This document shows positions 37,842-47,082 of a stretch of DNA of 64,000 bases, piece after piece. The stretch is from NCBI GenBank assembly GCA_963814605.1, contig CAWFDD010000003.1:609734-673733 (forward strand), written 5' to 3'. Numbering within the stretch: the stretch's first letter is position 1; each line of letters begins with the position of its first letter. The stretch comes from an uncultured Acidobacteriota bacterium (GTDB taxonomy: Bacteria; Acidobacteriota; Terriglobia; Acidiferrales; UBA7541). Below the pieces are notes generated by a model that was not told the DNA's origin, ran no database searches, and was given only the letters and a program-made list of their open reading frames with translations. The position numbers and the translations under genes are program-made.

Positions 37842-38908
37842 AACCTCTAGTATCGATTCTAATCCCTGCACATAACGCTGAAAATTGGATCGCGGACACG
37901 ATCCAGTCCGCGATCTCCCAAACTTGGCCGCGTAAGGAGATCATTATCGTGGACGATGGCTCCCGCGACTGTACTGCGAAAGAGGCGCGACGATTTGAGT
38001 CAAAGGAAGTGACTGTTGTCAGCGTTGAGAATCAAGGTGCCGCGGCAGCACGAAACCAGGCCTTAAAGCTCAGCCACGGTGACTACATACAATGGTTGGA
38101 TGCAGATGACCTCCTTGGACCAGACAAGATCGAACGGCAGCTTGCGGCTTTACCGGAAGATTGTGCCCCGCTCACACTTCTTTCGGGAGCCTGGGCTTAT
38201 TTCCATTTCCGAACTGACCGGGCGCGATTCGTTCCAACATCGCTATGGCATGACCTTTCTCCTGTTGAGTGGCTGCTCAGAAAGATGAGCGAAAACCTCC
38301 ACATGCAGACGGCGACGTGGTTAACAAGCCGGGAGCTGGCCGAAAACGCGGGAGCATGGGACACGCGGCTGCTTAGCGACGATGATGGAGAGTATTTCTG
38401 CCGGGTGCTGCTTGCTTCCAGGGGCACTCGATTCGTGCCGGAAGCTAAGGTCTTCTACCGCCTCAGCCCGTCGAGCAGGCTAAGCCAAATAGGCACGTCA
38501 AACAAGAAGAAGGATGCCATGCTGGTTTCGATGAAGCTGCACATTGGGTATTTGCAGTCCCTGGAAATGAGCGAACGCGTGCGAAATGCATGTTTAAACT
38601 ACATGCAAAATTGGTTTCCCAATTTCTACCCAGAACGCGACGATATTGTTGCGGAGCTGCAAAGTATGGCCGCGCAACTACAGGGACGATTGGAAAAGCC
38701 TCGCCTGGGATGGAAGTATTCCTGGATGGAGCCGATCGTTGGCTACAAAACCGCAAAACGCACTCAGATGGTGCTAGGGGAGTTCAAGGGTACGCTGGCC
38801 CGAGAGTGGGACAAGACAATATATCGATTCGGAGATCGCGAAGCTGTTGCTGGCCATCGAAGCGGCGCGAGGGACGCAAGTCGAGGCAATTCGAACGGGA
38901 CCACATGA
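37838..38908 (+). CDS. Glycosyltransferase family 2
   Basis: The sequence reads MKPLVSILIPAHNAENWIADTIQSAISQTWPRKEIIIVDDGSRD...WLDADD. The start overlaps the upstream stop (ATGA). Confidence 0.85.
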   Translation: MKPLVSILIPAHNAENWIADTIQSAISQTWPRKEIIIVDDGSRDCTAKEARRFESKEVTVVSVENQGAAAARNQALKLSHGDYIQWLDADDLLGPDKIERQLAALPEDCAPLTLLSGAWAYFHFRTDRARFVPTSLWHDLSPVEWLLRKMSENLHMQTATWLTSRELAENAGAWDTRLLSDDDGEYFCRVLLASRGTRFVPEAKVFYRLSPSSRLSQIGTSNKKKDAMLVSMKLHIGYLQSLEMSERVRNACLNYMQNWFPNFYPERDDIVAELQSMAAQLQGRLEKPRLGWKYSWMEPIVGYKTAKRTQMVLGEFKGTLAREWDKTIYRFGDREAVAGHRSGARDASRGNSNGTT

Positions 38909-39053
38909 GCGACGGCGGTTCAAATGCGCTTAAGGTCTATTATCGACAGCATTTTGGTTCCCAAAACGATGCTGTAGTTGGTGCCAGACTGCGTTCTAGT
39001 AGGTCGAGATTTACATCCAGACTCGAGCATCGCAGAAAGCTCCCGGACGCGTC

Positions 39054-40382
39054 ATGAAACATGGGTTTATTAATACGGACCTGAACGCGCCAAGCGCCGG
39101 AGCAGTGACCACTATGTCAGAGCCCGAGACGATTCCGAGCATTGCAGTAGCTTTGCTAACCGGCGGCGGTGACAAACCATACGCATTCGGACTAGCAACG
39201 GAACTCATTTCGAAAGGGGCATCTCTGGACATAATTGGTAGCGACGATCTCGATTGCCCTGAATTTCACGTCGCTGGAGTGAACTTTCTTAATCTCCGCG
39301 GCGATCAGGATACTGACGTCAGCCTCGCGCGAAAAATTCTTAGAATTGTGAAGTATTATCTCCGGCTGATTCGTTATGCCGCAGCGGCGAAACCGAGAGT
39401 TTTTCATATTCTGTGGAATAACAAGTTCGAGTGGTTTGATCGAACGATGCTGATGATTTTCTATCGACTATTGGGAAAAAAACTCGTTCTGACGCTACAC
39501 AACGTGAATGCCTCTAAGCGAGATTCCAAGGACTCGCTTTTCAACCGAATTACGCTACGAATCCAATACCGGCTCGCGGACCATATCTTCGTTCATACGG
39601 CGCAAATGAAAGTGGCCCTTGTGGAAGAATTTGACGTGCAATCGGGTTACGTAGACGTGATCCCGTTCGGAATCAACAATGCCGTTCCCAACACTCAAAT
39701 GTCGACGGAGGAGGCGAGACGACGATTGGGCATTCAGGAGGGACAAAAGACGATCCTCTTTTTCGGCAACATTGCCCCATACAAGGGGCTCGAGTATCTG
39801 ACCACCGCGTTCCAAGAGTTCCTGGCCGACCGTCACGACTTTCGGCTGATCATCGCTGGCTGGCCGAAGAACTGTGAAAACTACTGGAGTTCAATTCGGA
39901 AGGCGATTCAACACGATGTGGACGATGGGCGAATACTTCTGAAAGCCGAGTACATATCCGATGAGGACACCGAGGTGTATTTCAAGGCAGCGGACGTTTT
40001 CGTGTTGCCCTACCGCTATATATATCAGAGCGGCGTTTTGTTTCTAGGCTACAGCTTTGGCCTCCCTGTTCTCGCGGCTGACGTCGGCTCGCTCAAGGAA
40101 GAGATCATAGACGGCAAGACCGGCTCGGTGTTCAGGGCCGAAGATCCGGCTGACCTGGCAAACGCCATTCAACGTTATTTCGCGAGCGATCTGTTCGCGA
40201 ACTTAAGCCGGCGGCGGCAGGAGATACAGAATCTTGCGAGAGAGCACCATTCCTGGGCCGTGGTCGGCGAAATCACCATGAATGCATATGCCAGCCTACT
40301 GGGGCTACGCTCGCCCGAAGAACTGCCGGAGCCTAGGACGTCGAACGATTCTCTTGATGTGAAGGTCCCCTCAAGAAAATAG
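39054..40382 (+). CDS. Glycosyltransferase family 4
   Basis: The sequence reads ...SIAVALLTGGGDKPYAFGL...VFVLPYRYIYQSGVLFLGYSFGLPVLAADVGSLKEEI. The start is uncertain (39054 or 39114). Confidence 0.8.
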   Translation: MKHGFINTDLNAPSAGAVTTMSEPETIPSIAVALLTGGGDKPYAFGLATELISKGASLDIIGSDDLDCPEFHVAGVNFLNLRGDQDTDVSLARKILRIVKYYLRLIRYAAAAKPRVFHILWNNKFEWFDRTMLMIFYRLLGKKLVLTLHNVNASKRDSKDSLFNRITLRIQYRLADHIFVHTAQMKVALVEEFDVQSGYVDVIPFGINNAVPNTQMSTEEARRRLGIQEGQKTILFFGNIAPYKGLEYLTTAFQEFLADRHDFRLIIAGWPKNCENYWSSIRKAIQHDVDDGRILLKAEYISDEDTEVYFKAADVFVLPYRYIYQSGVLFLGYSFGLPVLAADVGSLKEEIIDGKTGSVFRAEDPADLANAIQRYFASDLFANLSRRRQEIQNLAREHHSWAVVGEITMNAYASLLGLRSPEELPEPRTSNDSLDVKVPSRK

Positions 40383-40408
40383 AAGCTTTCGCTCTATCCT
40401 GAGAACTC

Positions 40409-41458
40409 ATGACAATGAAGCTTCATCAACTCGACCCTACCAAGGACCCGCGTTGGGCGCAGTTTGTCGAGAGACATTCCAAGGCGTCAATTTTTCACAC
40501 CGTAGGATGGCTTAGCGCACTCCGAAAAACCTACGGATACGAACCCGTGGTGTTTACGACGTCGCCGCCTACAGGTGATCTGGAAAACGGGCTAGTTTTC
40601 TGCCGTGTGAACAGCTGGCTAACTGGCCGTCGCCTTGTGTCGCTACCTTTTTCAGATCATTGTGAGCCCCTTTGCGACTCGCCCGAAGCGTTGAGCTTCC
40701 TGATTCGATATCTCCAGTCTGCCTTCGGCCGTGAGGAATGGAAGTATCTGGAGATTCGACCGAAGGAGAGGGGCTTCGGGGAGGCGATGAGTGAGATCGG
40801 TTTCTTGCCTGGAACGAAATACCTCTTGCACAAGATTGACTTGCATCCGGATCTTGACCAGATATTCCGGTCGCTGGACAAAGACTCCGTTCGCCGACGG
40901 ATTCAGCGGGCTGGCCGCGCCGGCCTAGCCGAGAAGTGTGGAACGAGTGATGATTTATTGAAGGAATTCTATGAACTATATGTAGTTACACGCGGCCGCC
41001 ACCAATTACCTCCCGCACCGTTCGCATGGTTTCGGAATTTGATTGCTTGCCACGGCCACGCAGCAAGAATTCGCATGGCTTATCAGGATGACAACGCGGT
41101 CGCAGCTATTCTCACTCTTCGATTCAAAGACGTGCTGTACTACAAGTACGGCTGTTCCGATGCTCGTTTCAATAGGTTTGGGGCCACGCCGTGGCTCCTA
41201 TGGAGAGCAATGGCAGAGGCGAAGTCCCATGGAGTAGTTGAATTCGACATGGGGCGAACCCAAGAGGATGATTCGGGGCTTCTTGCGTTCAAAAATCATT
41301 GGGTCCACCCCCCCCAATCACTCGTTTATTGGGACTTCCCCAGCGCTCCAGGTCTAGAGGATGGTTGGAAGATAAAGATAGCGAAGCGTGTTTTCTCCTG
41401 CATGCCGGATAAACTACTGACCGTCGCCGGAAGATTGGCTTACCGTCACGTAGGATAG
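40409..41458 (+). CDS. FemAB-like GNAT-fold protein (PEP-CTERM-locus FemAB-related type)
   Basis: The sequence reads ...ASIFHTVGWLSALRKTYGYEPV...SLPFSDHCEPL...DSVRRRIQRAGRAGL...AAILTLRFKDVLYYKYGCSD...LLAFKNHW. A C8 run lies at 41308-41315. Confidence 0.75.
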   Translation: MTMKLHQLDPTKDPRWAQFVERHSKASIFHTVGWLSALRKTYGYEPVVFTTSPPTGDLENGLVFCRVNSWLTGRRLVSLPFSDHCEPLCDSPEALSFLIRYLQSAFGREEWKYLEIRPKERGFGEAMSEIGFLPGTKYLLHKIDLHPDLDQIFRSLDKDSVRRRIQRAGRAGLAEKCGTSDDLLKEFYELYVVTRGRHQLPPAPFAWFRNLIACHGHAARIRMAYQDDNAVAAILTLRFKDVLYYKYGCSDARFNRFGATPWLLWRAMAEAKSHGVVEFDMGRTQEDDSGLLAFKNHWVHPPQSLVYWDFPSAPGLEDGWKIKIAKRVFSCMPDKLLTVAGRLAYRHVG

Positions 41459-41517
41459 CGTTACCCGGGCATAGGTTTGTCAGCCAACCGTCACAGTTTT
41501 GGCACCATCGCCTTGAA

Positions 41518-41537
41518 CTTCCGGCTACCACCGGAAG
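41518..41537 (+). terminator. Perfect 7-bp hairpin CTTCCGG-N6-CCGGAAG between the FemAB-like gene and wzm. It may be an attenuator or a weak terminator.
   Basis: Read directly from the sequence. The downstream sequence is only weakly T-rich (agccatgttattct). Confidence 0.25.
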
Positions 41538-41591
41538 AGCCATGTTATTCTGGAAATACATACAGAAGTCCGTCGTCTGTGAGGGGACCGA

Positions 41592-42449
41592 ATGAGTTCA
41601 GCACGTCAGCCTTCCGCGGTTGCAACTTCTGCCCCCACTCTTCACATCGCGCCCCCCGGGGGCTGGCTCGACCTGAACTTGATAGAGCTTTGGCACTCAC
41701 GGGAGTTGCTCCATTTCTTTGTCTGGAAGGACATTAAGATCCGGTATAAGCAGACCGCAATTGGGGCTGCTTGGGCTATCTTGCAACCTCTGTTGACTAT
41801 GCTCATTTTCACCCTCTTCTTTGGAAGGCTGGCAAAGATGCCCTCGGAGGGACTCCCATATCCCCTCTTTTACTTGTGCGCCTTGCTCCCTTGGTTGTAC
41901 TTCGCAAGCTCCCTGCAAAACGCGACCAACGTGGTCGTCGAGCAGCAGCGGGTTATTACGAAGGTGTATTTTCCGCGCCTTGTGCTTCCGCTCTCGGCAG
42001 TCACCTCACCTCTGCTCGATTTTGGCGTCGGATTCTTGATCTTGCTATTGATGTTGATCTATTACCGCGTGCATCTGACCCCGACGTTGTTGCTGCTGCC
42101 GTTGTTTCTCGGGCTTGCCGTCCTGACCAGTCTCGGCGTCGGACTTTGGCTTTCCGCGCTGAACGCCATGTACCGCGACGTCCGTTACGTAGTGCCATTC
42201 CTGGTCCAGTTTTGGATGTTCGCTTCGCCTGTGGCCTACCCGGCGAGCCTCGTTCCGGTGCGCTGGCGCTGGCTATACGGCCTCAATCCGATGGCCGGGG
42301 TCATTGAAGGCTTCCGCTGGACGCTTACCGGCCACGGCGATCCGCCGAGCGTCCTTCTGGCTGCGTCCTCTGCGGCTGTTTTGGTCCTCGTTCTTAGTGG
42401 GACGATGTTTTTCCAGAAGATGGAGGGCGTCATTGCTGATGTCGTGTAG
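41592..42449 (+). CDS. wzm: ABC-2 type polysaccharide export permease
   Basis: The protein has 6 hydrophobic segments and an ABC-2 signature, ...LWHSRELLHFFVWKDIKIRYKQTAIGAAWAILQPLL. Confidence 0.85.
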   Translation: MSSARQPSAVATSAPTLHIAPPGGWLDLNLIELWHSRELLHFFVWKDIKIRYKQTAIGAAWAILQPLLTMLIFTLFFGRLAKMPSEGLPYPLFYLCALLPWLYFASSLQNATNVVVEQQRVITKVYFPRLVLPLSAVTSPLLDFGVGFLILLLMLIYYRVHLTPTLLLLPLFLGLAVLTSLGVGLWLSALNAMYRDVRYVVPFLVQFWMFASPVAYPASLVPVRWRWLYGLNPMAGVIEGFRWTLTGHGDPPSVLLAASSAAVLVLVLSGTMFFQKMEGVIADVV

Positions 42450-42452
42450 CCC

Positions 42453-43697
42453 ATGAGTCGCCTCGCAATTCATGCAGAAAATCTTGGCAAGGAATACCGC
42501 ATTGGCGAACGGGAGCCCTACCTCTCGCTGCGTGACGTACTGGCTCGCGCGGTCCAGTCGCCCGCCCGGTTCTTCGGTGGGACACCGCCCGCTCGCAAAG
42601 GCGACGCGACTCATTTTTGGGCGCTTAAGGACGCGTCTTTTGAGATTCGTGAGGGCGAGGTCGTTGGGCTTGTAGGCCGTAACGGGGCGGGAAAGAGCAC
42701 CCTGCTAAGGATTCTCGCCCGTGTAACGAAGCCTACCTTGGGTTTCGCGGACATTCGCGGCCACATCGGCTCCTTGCTTGAGGTGGGCACAGGCTTTCAC
42801 CAGGAGCTGACCGGTCGCGAAAACGTGTTTCTGAGCGGCGCCATCCTGGGAATGCGAAGGGCTGAGATCCAAAGTAAGTTCGACGAAATCGTGTCATTCG
42901 CTGAGGTTGAACGGTTCATTGACACCCCGGCAAAACACTACTCCTCGGGCATGTATCTTCGTCTCGCGTTTGCAGTGGCCGCGCATCTCGATCCCGAGAT
43001 CATGATCATCGATGAAGTTCTGGCTGTCGGGGATCAGCGCTTTCAAGATAAGTGTCTCAAGAAAATGGGTGAGGTTAGACAACACGGGCGGACCATTCTT
43101 TTTGTGAGCCACTCGATGCTGGCCATACAGCGTCTGTGCACTCGCGTGCTCCTGGTAGAGCAGGGTCGCATCAAACAAGATGCTGATCCAGCGACGGTCA
43201 TCGCAGAATATATAGGGAAAGGCGTCGCCGGATCATACTCCGCTCCGGCGTCCTCCCAGTCCCCTACAATTACCTCCGCTCGGGTCTGTGTAGACAACGG
43301 CTCCGTGGCTCTTTCGGTAGAATTTATTTCACCTTTTCCCCTTGTCCCCCCTGAGTTGGGGTTCGTAATGTACGACCCGGCCGGAAACCCTGTGTTCGGA
43401 ACGAATACTCGTGTCGACCCACCGTCCCCGCAGCTGCCAGCGAGTACGGCAGGTCGGATCGAGGTCCTGATCCCCAGCAGTCACTTCCGGCCGAACCATT
43501 ATCACTTCTCTCTGTGGCTTGGGAACAGAAATCAAGACTACTGTACGGTAGAAAAGGCTTTGCAGGTGGAATTGCGCGACGAGATACCGAGATCACACCC
43601 TCAAAATTCTGGGAGCATACGTGTACCGGTCAGTTGGCGTTATCGGACAGCGGTCGATTCCCTTCAGTCTGAGAGAATCGTGACGAGGAGCAGTTAG
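42453..43697 (+). CDS. wzt: Polysaccharide ABC exporter ATP-binding protein with a C-terminal extension of about 160 aa (Wzt-type)
   Basis: Walker A is GRNGAGKST, the ABC signature is YSSGM, and Walker B is IMIIDEVL. A beta-rich C-terminal domain follows (...VALSVEFISPF...GRIEVLIPSSHFRPNHYHFSLWLG). Confidence 0.85.
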   Translation: MSRLAIHAENLGKEYRIGEREPYLSLRDVLARAVQSPARFFGGTPPARKGDATHFWALKDASFEIREGEVVGLVGRNGAGKSTLLRILARVTKPTLGFADIRGHIGSLLEVGTGFHQELTGRENVFLSGAILGMRRAEIQSKFDEIVSFAEVERFIDTPAKHYSSGMYLRLAFAVAAHLDPEIMIIDEVLAVGDQRFQDKCLKKMGEVRQHGRTILFVSHSMLAIQRLCTRVLLVEQGRIKQDADPATVIAEYIGKGVAGSYSAPASSQSPTITSARVCVDNGSVALSVEFISPFPLVPPELGFVMYDPAGNPVFGTNTRVDPPSPQLPASTAGRIEVLIPSSHFRPNHYHFSLWLGNRNQDYCTVEKALQVELRDEIPRSHPQNSGSIRVPVSWRYRTAVDSLQSERIVTRSS

Positions 43698-43704
43698 TCT
43701 TCCT

Positions 43705-45012
43705 TTGAGTATTGCGCACCCCCTGCGTTACGCGATGCCGAGCATGTGTTCTCACTCATTCATCGAAATCGATGTAAAGAACCGTCGCGCGGGCCGGACC
43801 GGACCGGAGGAGTACGATCCATGTTGCGCAACCCGAGCACAGGATGATGGATCTGTTGACTCGCGGACATTGCTCTTTGTGACCAACGCTGGCGGGTTTG
43901 GAGGGACCGAGAAACATCTTCTTGATCTGATAGAAAGACTCCGTCGGTCAGGTGTACGGTCTGTCATCCTTCAAGTAGGGGCAGATGTATACGCCGATCA
44001 CCTGAAGGGGAAAGAGTTCGCCCGTGTCGACATCTGCTCTAAGAAGATTCGGAATTCTCCTTGGGGTTGGTTTCGATTTTTCCGAAGGGCCCAACCTGAT
44101 GTTGTGGTGTTCGTCAACAGCTGGGTCAGATCCTTTCCATGGTACTCATCTGCCGCCGCATTCTTGGCGGGCGTGCCCAGACGCTTCGCGATCCACCACC
44201 TTATCGCGCCCCCACTGGAGAAGGTGGAAGGACGGTCGTTGCGCGACGTGCTGCGGCGGTTGTTCGGCGGCCGCAGACGAACACGCCTGGCATTCAGCGT
44301 GTCGACGTTTTTCTGTCATACAACCATCTGCGTGAGCAATGCAGTCCGAGATCGCCTCGTAACCCACTACCGATTTCCAGCAGATAAAACCATAACAATT
44401 CATAACGGCGTCTCCGTTTCAGAGTTTGTCCCGTCTAAGAACAACGGAGCGTCCGTCAGAGCGAGACTAGGCGTTGGTGCTGAAGAATTTCTCCTAGTAT
44501 GTGTTGCGAGACTAAGCGAGGAAAAGGGACTCGACACTTTGTTGCTGGCTATGGCCCAGGTGTTAAGCCACGGTCACGGCTGTAAATGCATCGTGGTCGG
44601 CGACGGCCCACTGAGAAAGTCCCTTTCGGACCAGGCTAAAGCGCTGGGCTTGTGTGGCAAGGTTTTTTTTGAAGGGTTCCAGAAAGATGTGCGACCATTC
44701 TTACAAGCCGCCGACTGCTTCGTGCTGACTTCTCATATCGAAGGATTCCCGTTATCTGTCCTTGAAGCAATGGCTTGTGGGCTGCCCTGCATATTAACAA
44801 ATGTGGGCGGCAACGCTGAAGCCGTTCATCATCTGGTTCATGGCCTGATTGTTGCTCCGCGATCTGTGGACGAGACGGCGAATGCCATCTCATACCTGAT
44901 GACGCATCCGCAGGAACGGACCGAGATGTCCAAGATGGTCCGCGCACGGGTGCGGGAGGCATTCGACTTGGAAGACCGAATGGCGGAGATGAAGTGTGTC
45001 ATATTGAATTGA
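43705..45012 (+). CDS. Glycosyltransferase family 4
   Basis: The sequence reads ...LLFVTNAGGFGGTEKHLLDL...CFVLTSHIEGFPLSVLEAMACGLPCILTNVGGNAEAV. The start is uncertain (TTG at 43705 or ATG at 43735). Confidence 0.8.
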   Translation: MSIAHPLRYAMPSMCSHSFIEIDVKNRRAGRTGPEEYDPCCATRAQDDGSVDSRTLLFVTNAGGFGGTEKHLLDLIERLRRSGVRSVILQVGADVYADHLKGKEFARVDICSKKIRNSPWGWFRFFRRAQPDVVVFVNSWVRSFPWYSSAAAFLAGVPRRFAIHHLIAPPLEKVEGRSLRDVLRRLFGGRRRTRLAFSVSTFFCHTTICVSNAVRDRLVTHYRFPADKTITIHNGVSVSEFVPSKNNGASVRARLGVGAEEFLLVCVARLSEEKGLDTLLLAMAQVLSHGHGCKCIVVGDGPLRKSLSDQAKALGLCGKVFFEGFQKDVRPFLQAADCFVLTSHIEGFPLSVLEAMACGLPCILTNVGGNAEAVHHLVHGLIVAPRSVDETANAISYLMTHPQERTEMSKMVRARVREAFDLEDRMAEMKCVILN

Positions 45013-45107
45013 CTGGCGCGGCGCAGCGAGTGGGTCCTTATGATCACGCTGCTGGTACGAAGTCGGGTTGCGCTCACGGCCATGAGACATGAGGAGAAAC
45101 CAAGAAG

Positions 45108-46064
45108 ATGTCGATAAGCGTGATTTTGTGTACATACAACCGCTGCAGAACCCTGGCGAGGGCATTGGACAGTGTGGCTGTTTCTGTGGTCCCGACCTCT
45201 ATTAAATGGGAAGTGCTCGTTGTGGACAACAACTCAACCGATCAAACGCGCGAAGTGGTAGCAGACTTTTGTGAAAGGTATCCGGGTAGATTTAAGTATT
45301 TGCTGGAAGTACAACAAGGCGTGTCCTATGCACGCAACGCAGGGATTCGCGAATCTTGCTGCGACGTGCTGGCTTTTATGGACGATGATGTCACTGTCGA
45401 TCGAGGGTGGCTATGGAGCCTTACCGCGGCTTTGTACAGCGGCGAATGGGCAGGTGTGGGAGGCCGCATTATTCCACTTTGGGAGCGCTCGGCTCCGAGT
45501 TGGCTGACCTTCAGCGGACCTCATTCATTTGGTCCGTTCGTGGCATTCGATCGTGGTTTGGAGGCTGGTCAACTCAACGAGCCCCCTTTCGGGGCGAACA
45601 TGGCTTTTCGGAGAGAGGTGTTCGACAGGTACGGCTATTTTCGGACGGACTTGGGCCGCTCCGGCAACAACTTGCTCAGCAATGAGGACACCGAGTTTGG
45701 TCGTCGACTGTTGGCTGGCGGGGAGCGGTTGCGTTACGAACCATCCGCTGTAATGCATCATCCAGTAACCGACAACCGGCTTCAGAAAGGCTATCTGCTG
45801 GCCTGGTGGTTTGCCAAAGGTCAAGCCGACGTCATGGAAATGGGGATCTCGAAGGAGCCACGCTGGCTCCTCGCTGGAATTCCACTTCATTTATATCGCA
45901 GCCTCGCGGCCTGGACTCTGCGATGGGTGACTGCCGTTGACTCGAAAAGAAGATTCTCGTGCAAGCTCAACGTATGGAACATTGCGGGCGAAATCGTGGG
46001 ATACCATCGCGTGTCGGGTCGCAGGAATATGGGAAAGCGCGCATTGATTGAGCACCGCCGTTAG
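45108..46064 (+). CDS. Glycosyltransferase family 2
   Basis: The sequence reads MSISVILCTYNRCRTLARALDSV...VVDNNSTDQT...FMDDDV. Confidence 0.85.
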   Translation: MSISVILCTYNRCRTLARALDSVAVSVVPTSIKWEVLVVDNNSTDQTREVVADFCERYPGRFKYLLEVQQGVSYARNAGIRESCCDVLAFMDDDVTVDRGWLWSLTAALYSGEWAGVGGRIIPLWERSAPSWLTFSGPHSFGPFVAFDRGLEAGQLNEPPFGANMAFRREVFDRYGYFRTDLGRSGNNLLSNEDTEFGRRLLAGGERLRYEPSAVMHHPVTDNRLQKGYLLAWWFAKGQADVMEMGISKEPRWLLAGIPLHLYRSLAAWTLRWVTAVDSKRRFSCKLNVWNIAGEIVGYHRVSGRRNMGKRALIEHRR

Positions 46065-46145
46065 CTTCCGTCCGCGAGAAATGCAAAGGAAACTTGGCCT
46101 ACGCTGGCACTCGACGTGATCACGAGTTTCGCTTAGGGGGCCCGC

Positions 46146-47082
46146 GTGCAAGTGGGCTACCTCTCTGGTGCTATGACCTACTCGTGGCAGTACATCCGCA
46201 CCTCGCCTCCCACGGGTGAACCGGAAAATGGGCTGGTGTTCTGTCGCGTAAAGAGTTGGCTTACCGGTTCTCAGATCATTGCGGCCCTCTTTGCGACTCA
46301 CACGAAGAATTGCAGTTCCTACTTCAGCACTTGCAAGCTGCCGTAGAACGCGAGAACTGGAGATGTCTGGAAGTCCGCTCGATTACCGGAAATCTGGACC
46401 AAACAAACGACAAGAATGGCACTCGGCCGCCCCTCGCTTTCTTTCCCCATATTCTCGATCTCCGTCCAATCCTGACCGACGTGTCCCGGACTTTCGATAA
46501 GGATTGCGTCCAGCGGCGCATCCGTCATGCGGAGCGAGCCGGTCTAAGCGAGAAGTCAGGTGAGTCTGAGGATCTCCTGGGAGGGTTCTATAATCTATTC
46601 GTCACCACGCGCGGTCGACACCAGTTGCGGTCGTCACCGTACGTCTGGTTTAAGAATCTAATTTGCTTCCAAGGCGATGCCGCCGAGATTCGCGCGGCGT
46701 ATCAGACTGGGAAGCCGGTTGCCGCCATTCTGACTCTGCGATTCCGAAACGTTTCCTTTTACAAATATAGATGTTCCGACACACTCTTCAATAAACTCGG
46801 TGCAACGTCTTAGATCTTCTGGAATGCCGTTGCAGCTGCGACGGTAAATGGTGCAATAGCATTCGACATCGGCCGAGCACGAGGGAACCATGCGGGCCTT
46901 CTCACGTTCAAGAATCGCTGGGTGAGTCAACTGCACCTTTCGTGTGTTGGTCGTTTCCAAGAACTTCGACTGTTGAGTCGTTCGAGGGATGGCGTTTCAA
47001 GGTTGCGAAGCGGATTTTCTCTCATATGTCCGACATGCTACTTACCCTCACTGTGGACATTATCTACGGCCATACAGGATAG
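46146..47082 (+). pseudogene. Decayed paralog of the FemAB-like gene at 40409-41458
   Basis: Homology to the intact copy is spread over three reading frames. The lesions I could identify are:
- Loss of the N-terminus.
- A deletion of about 20 nt removing RRLVSLP.
- An in-frame TAG at 46811-46813 where the paralog has Trp.
- A -1 shift near 46925-46935.
The native-like end RIFSHMSDMLLTLTVDIIYGHTG-stop finishes at 47082. Confidence 0.8.

Noticed and set aside
41500-41516. Other sigma54-like strings: TGGCACCATCGCCTTGA (41500), TGGATCGGAATCGGCA (~48880), TGGCTGCTCGCCCGCC (~51539) and CGGCACGAGTCGAGCCTTGC (~51623).
   Set aside because: They have the wrong -24/-12 spacing, or they lack the TTGC/-12 GC at the required position. 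Only the GG and GC dinucleotides match.
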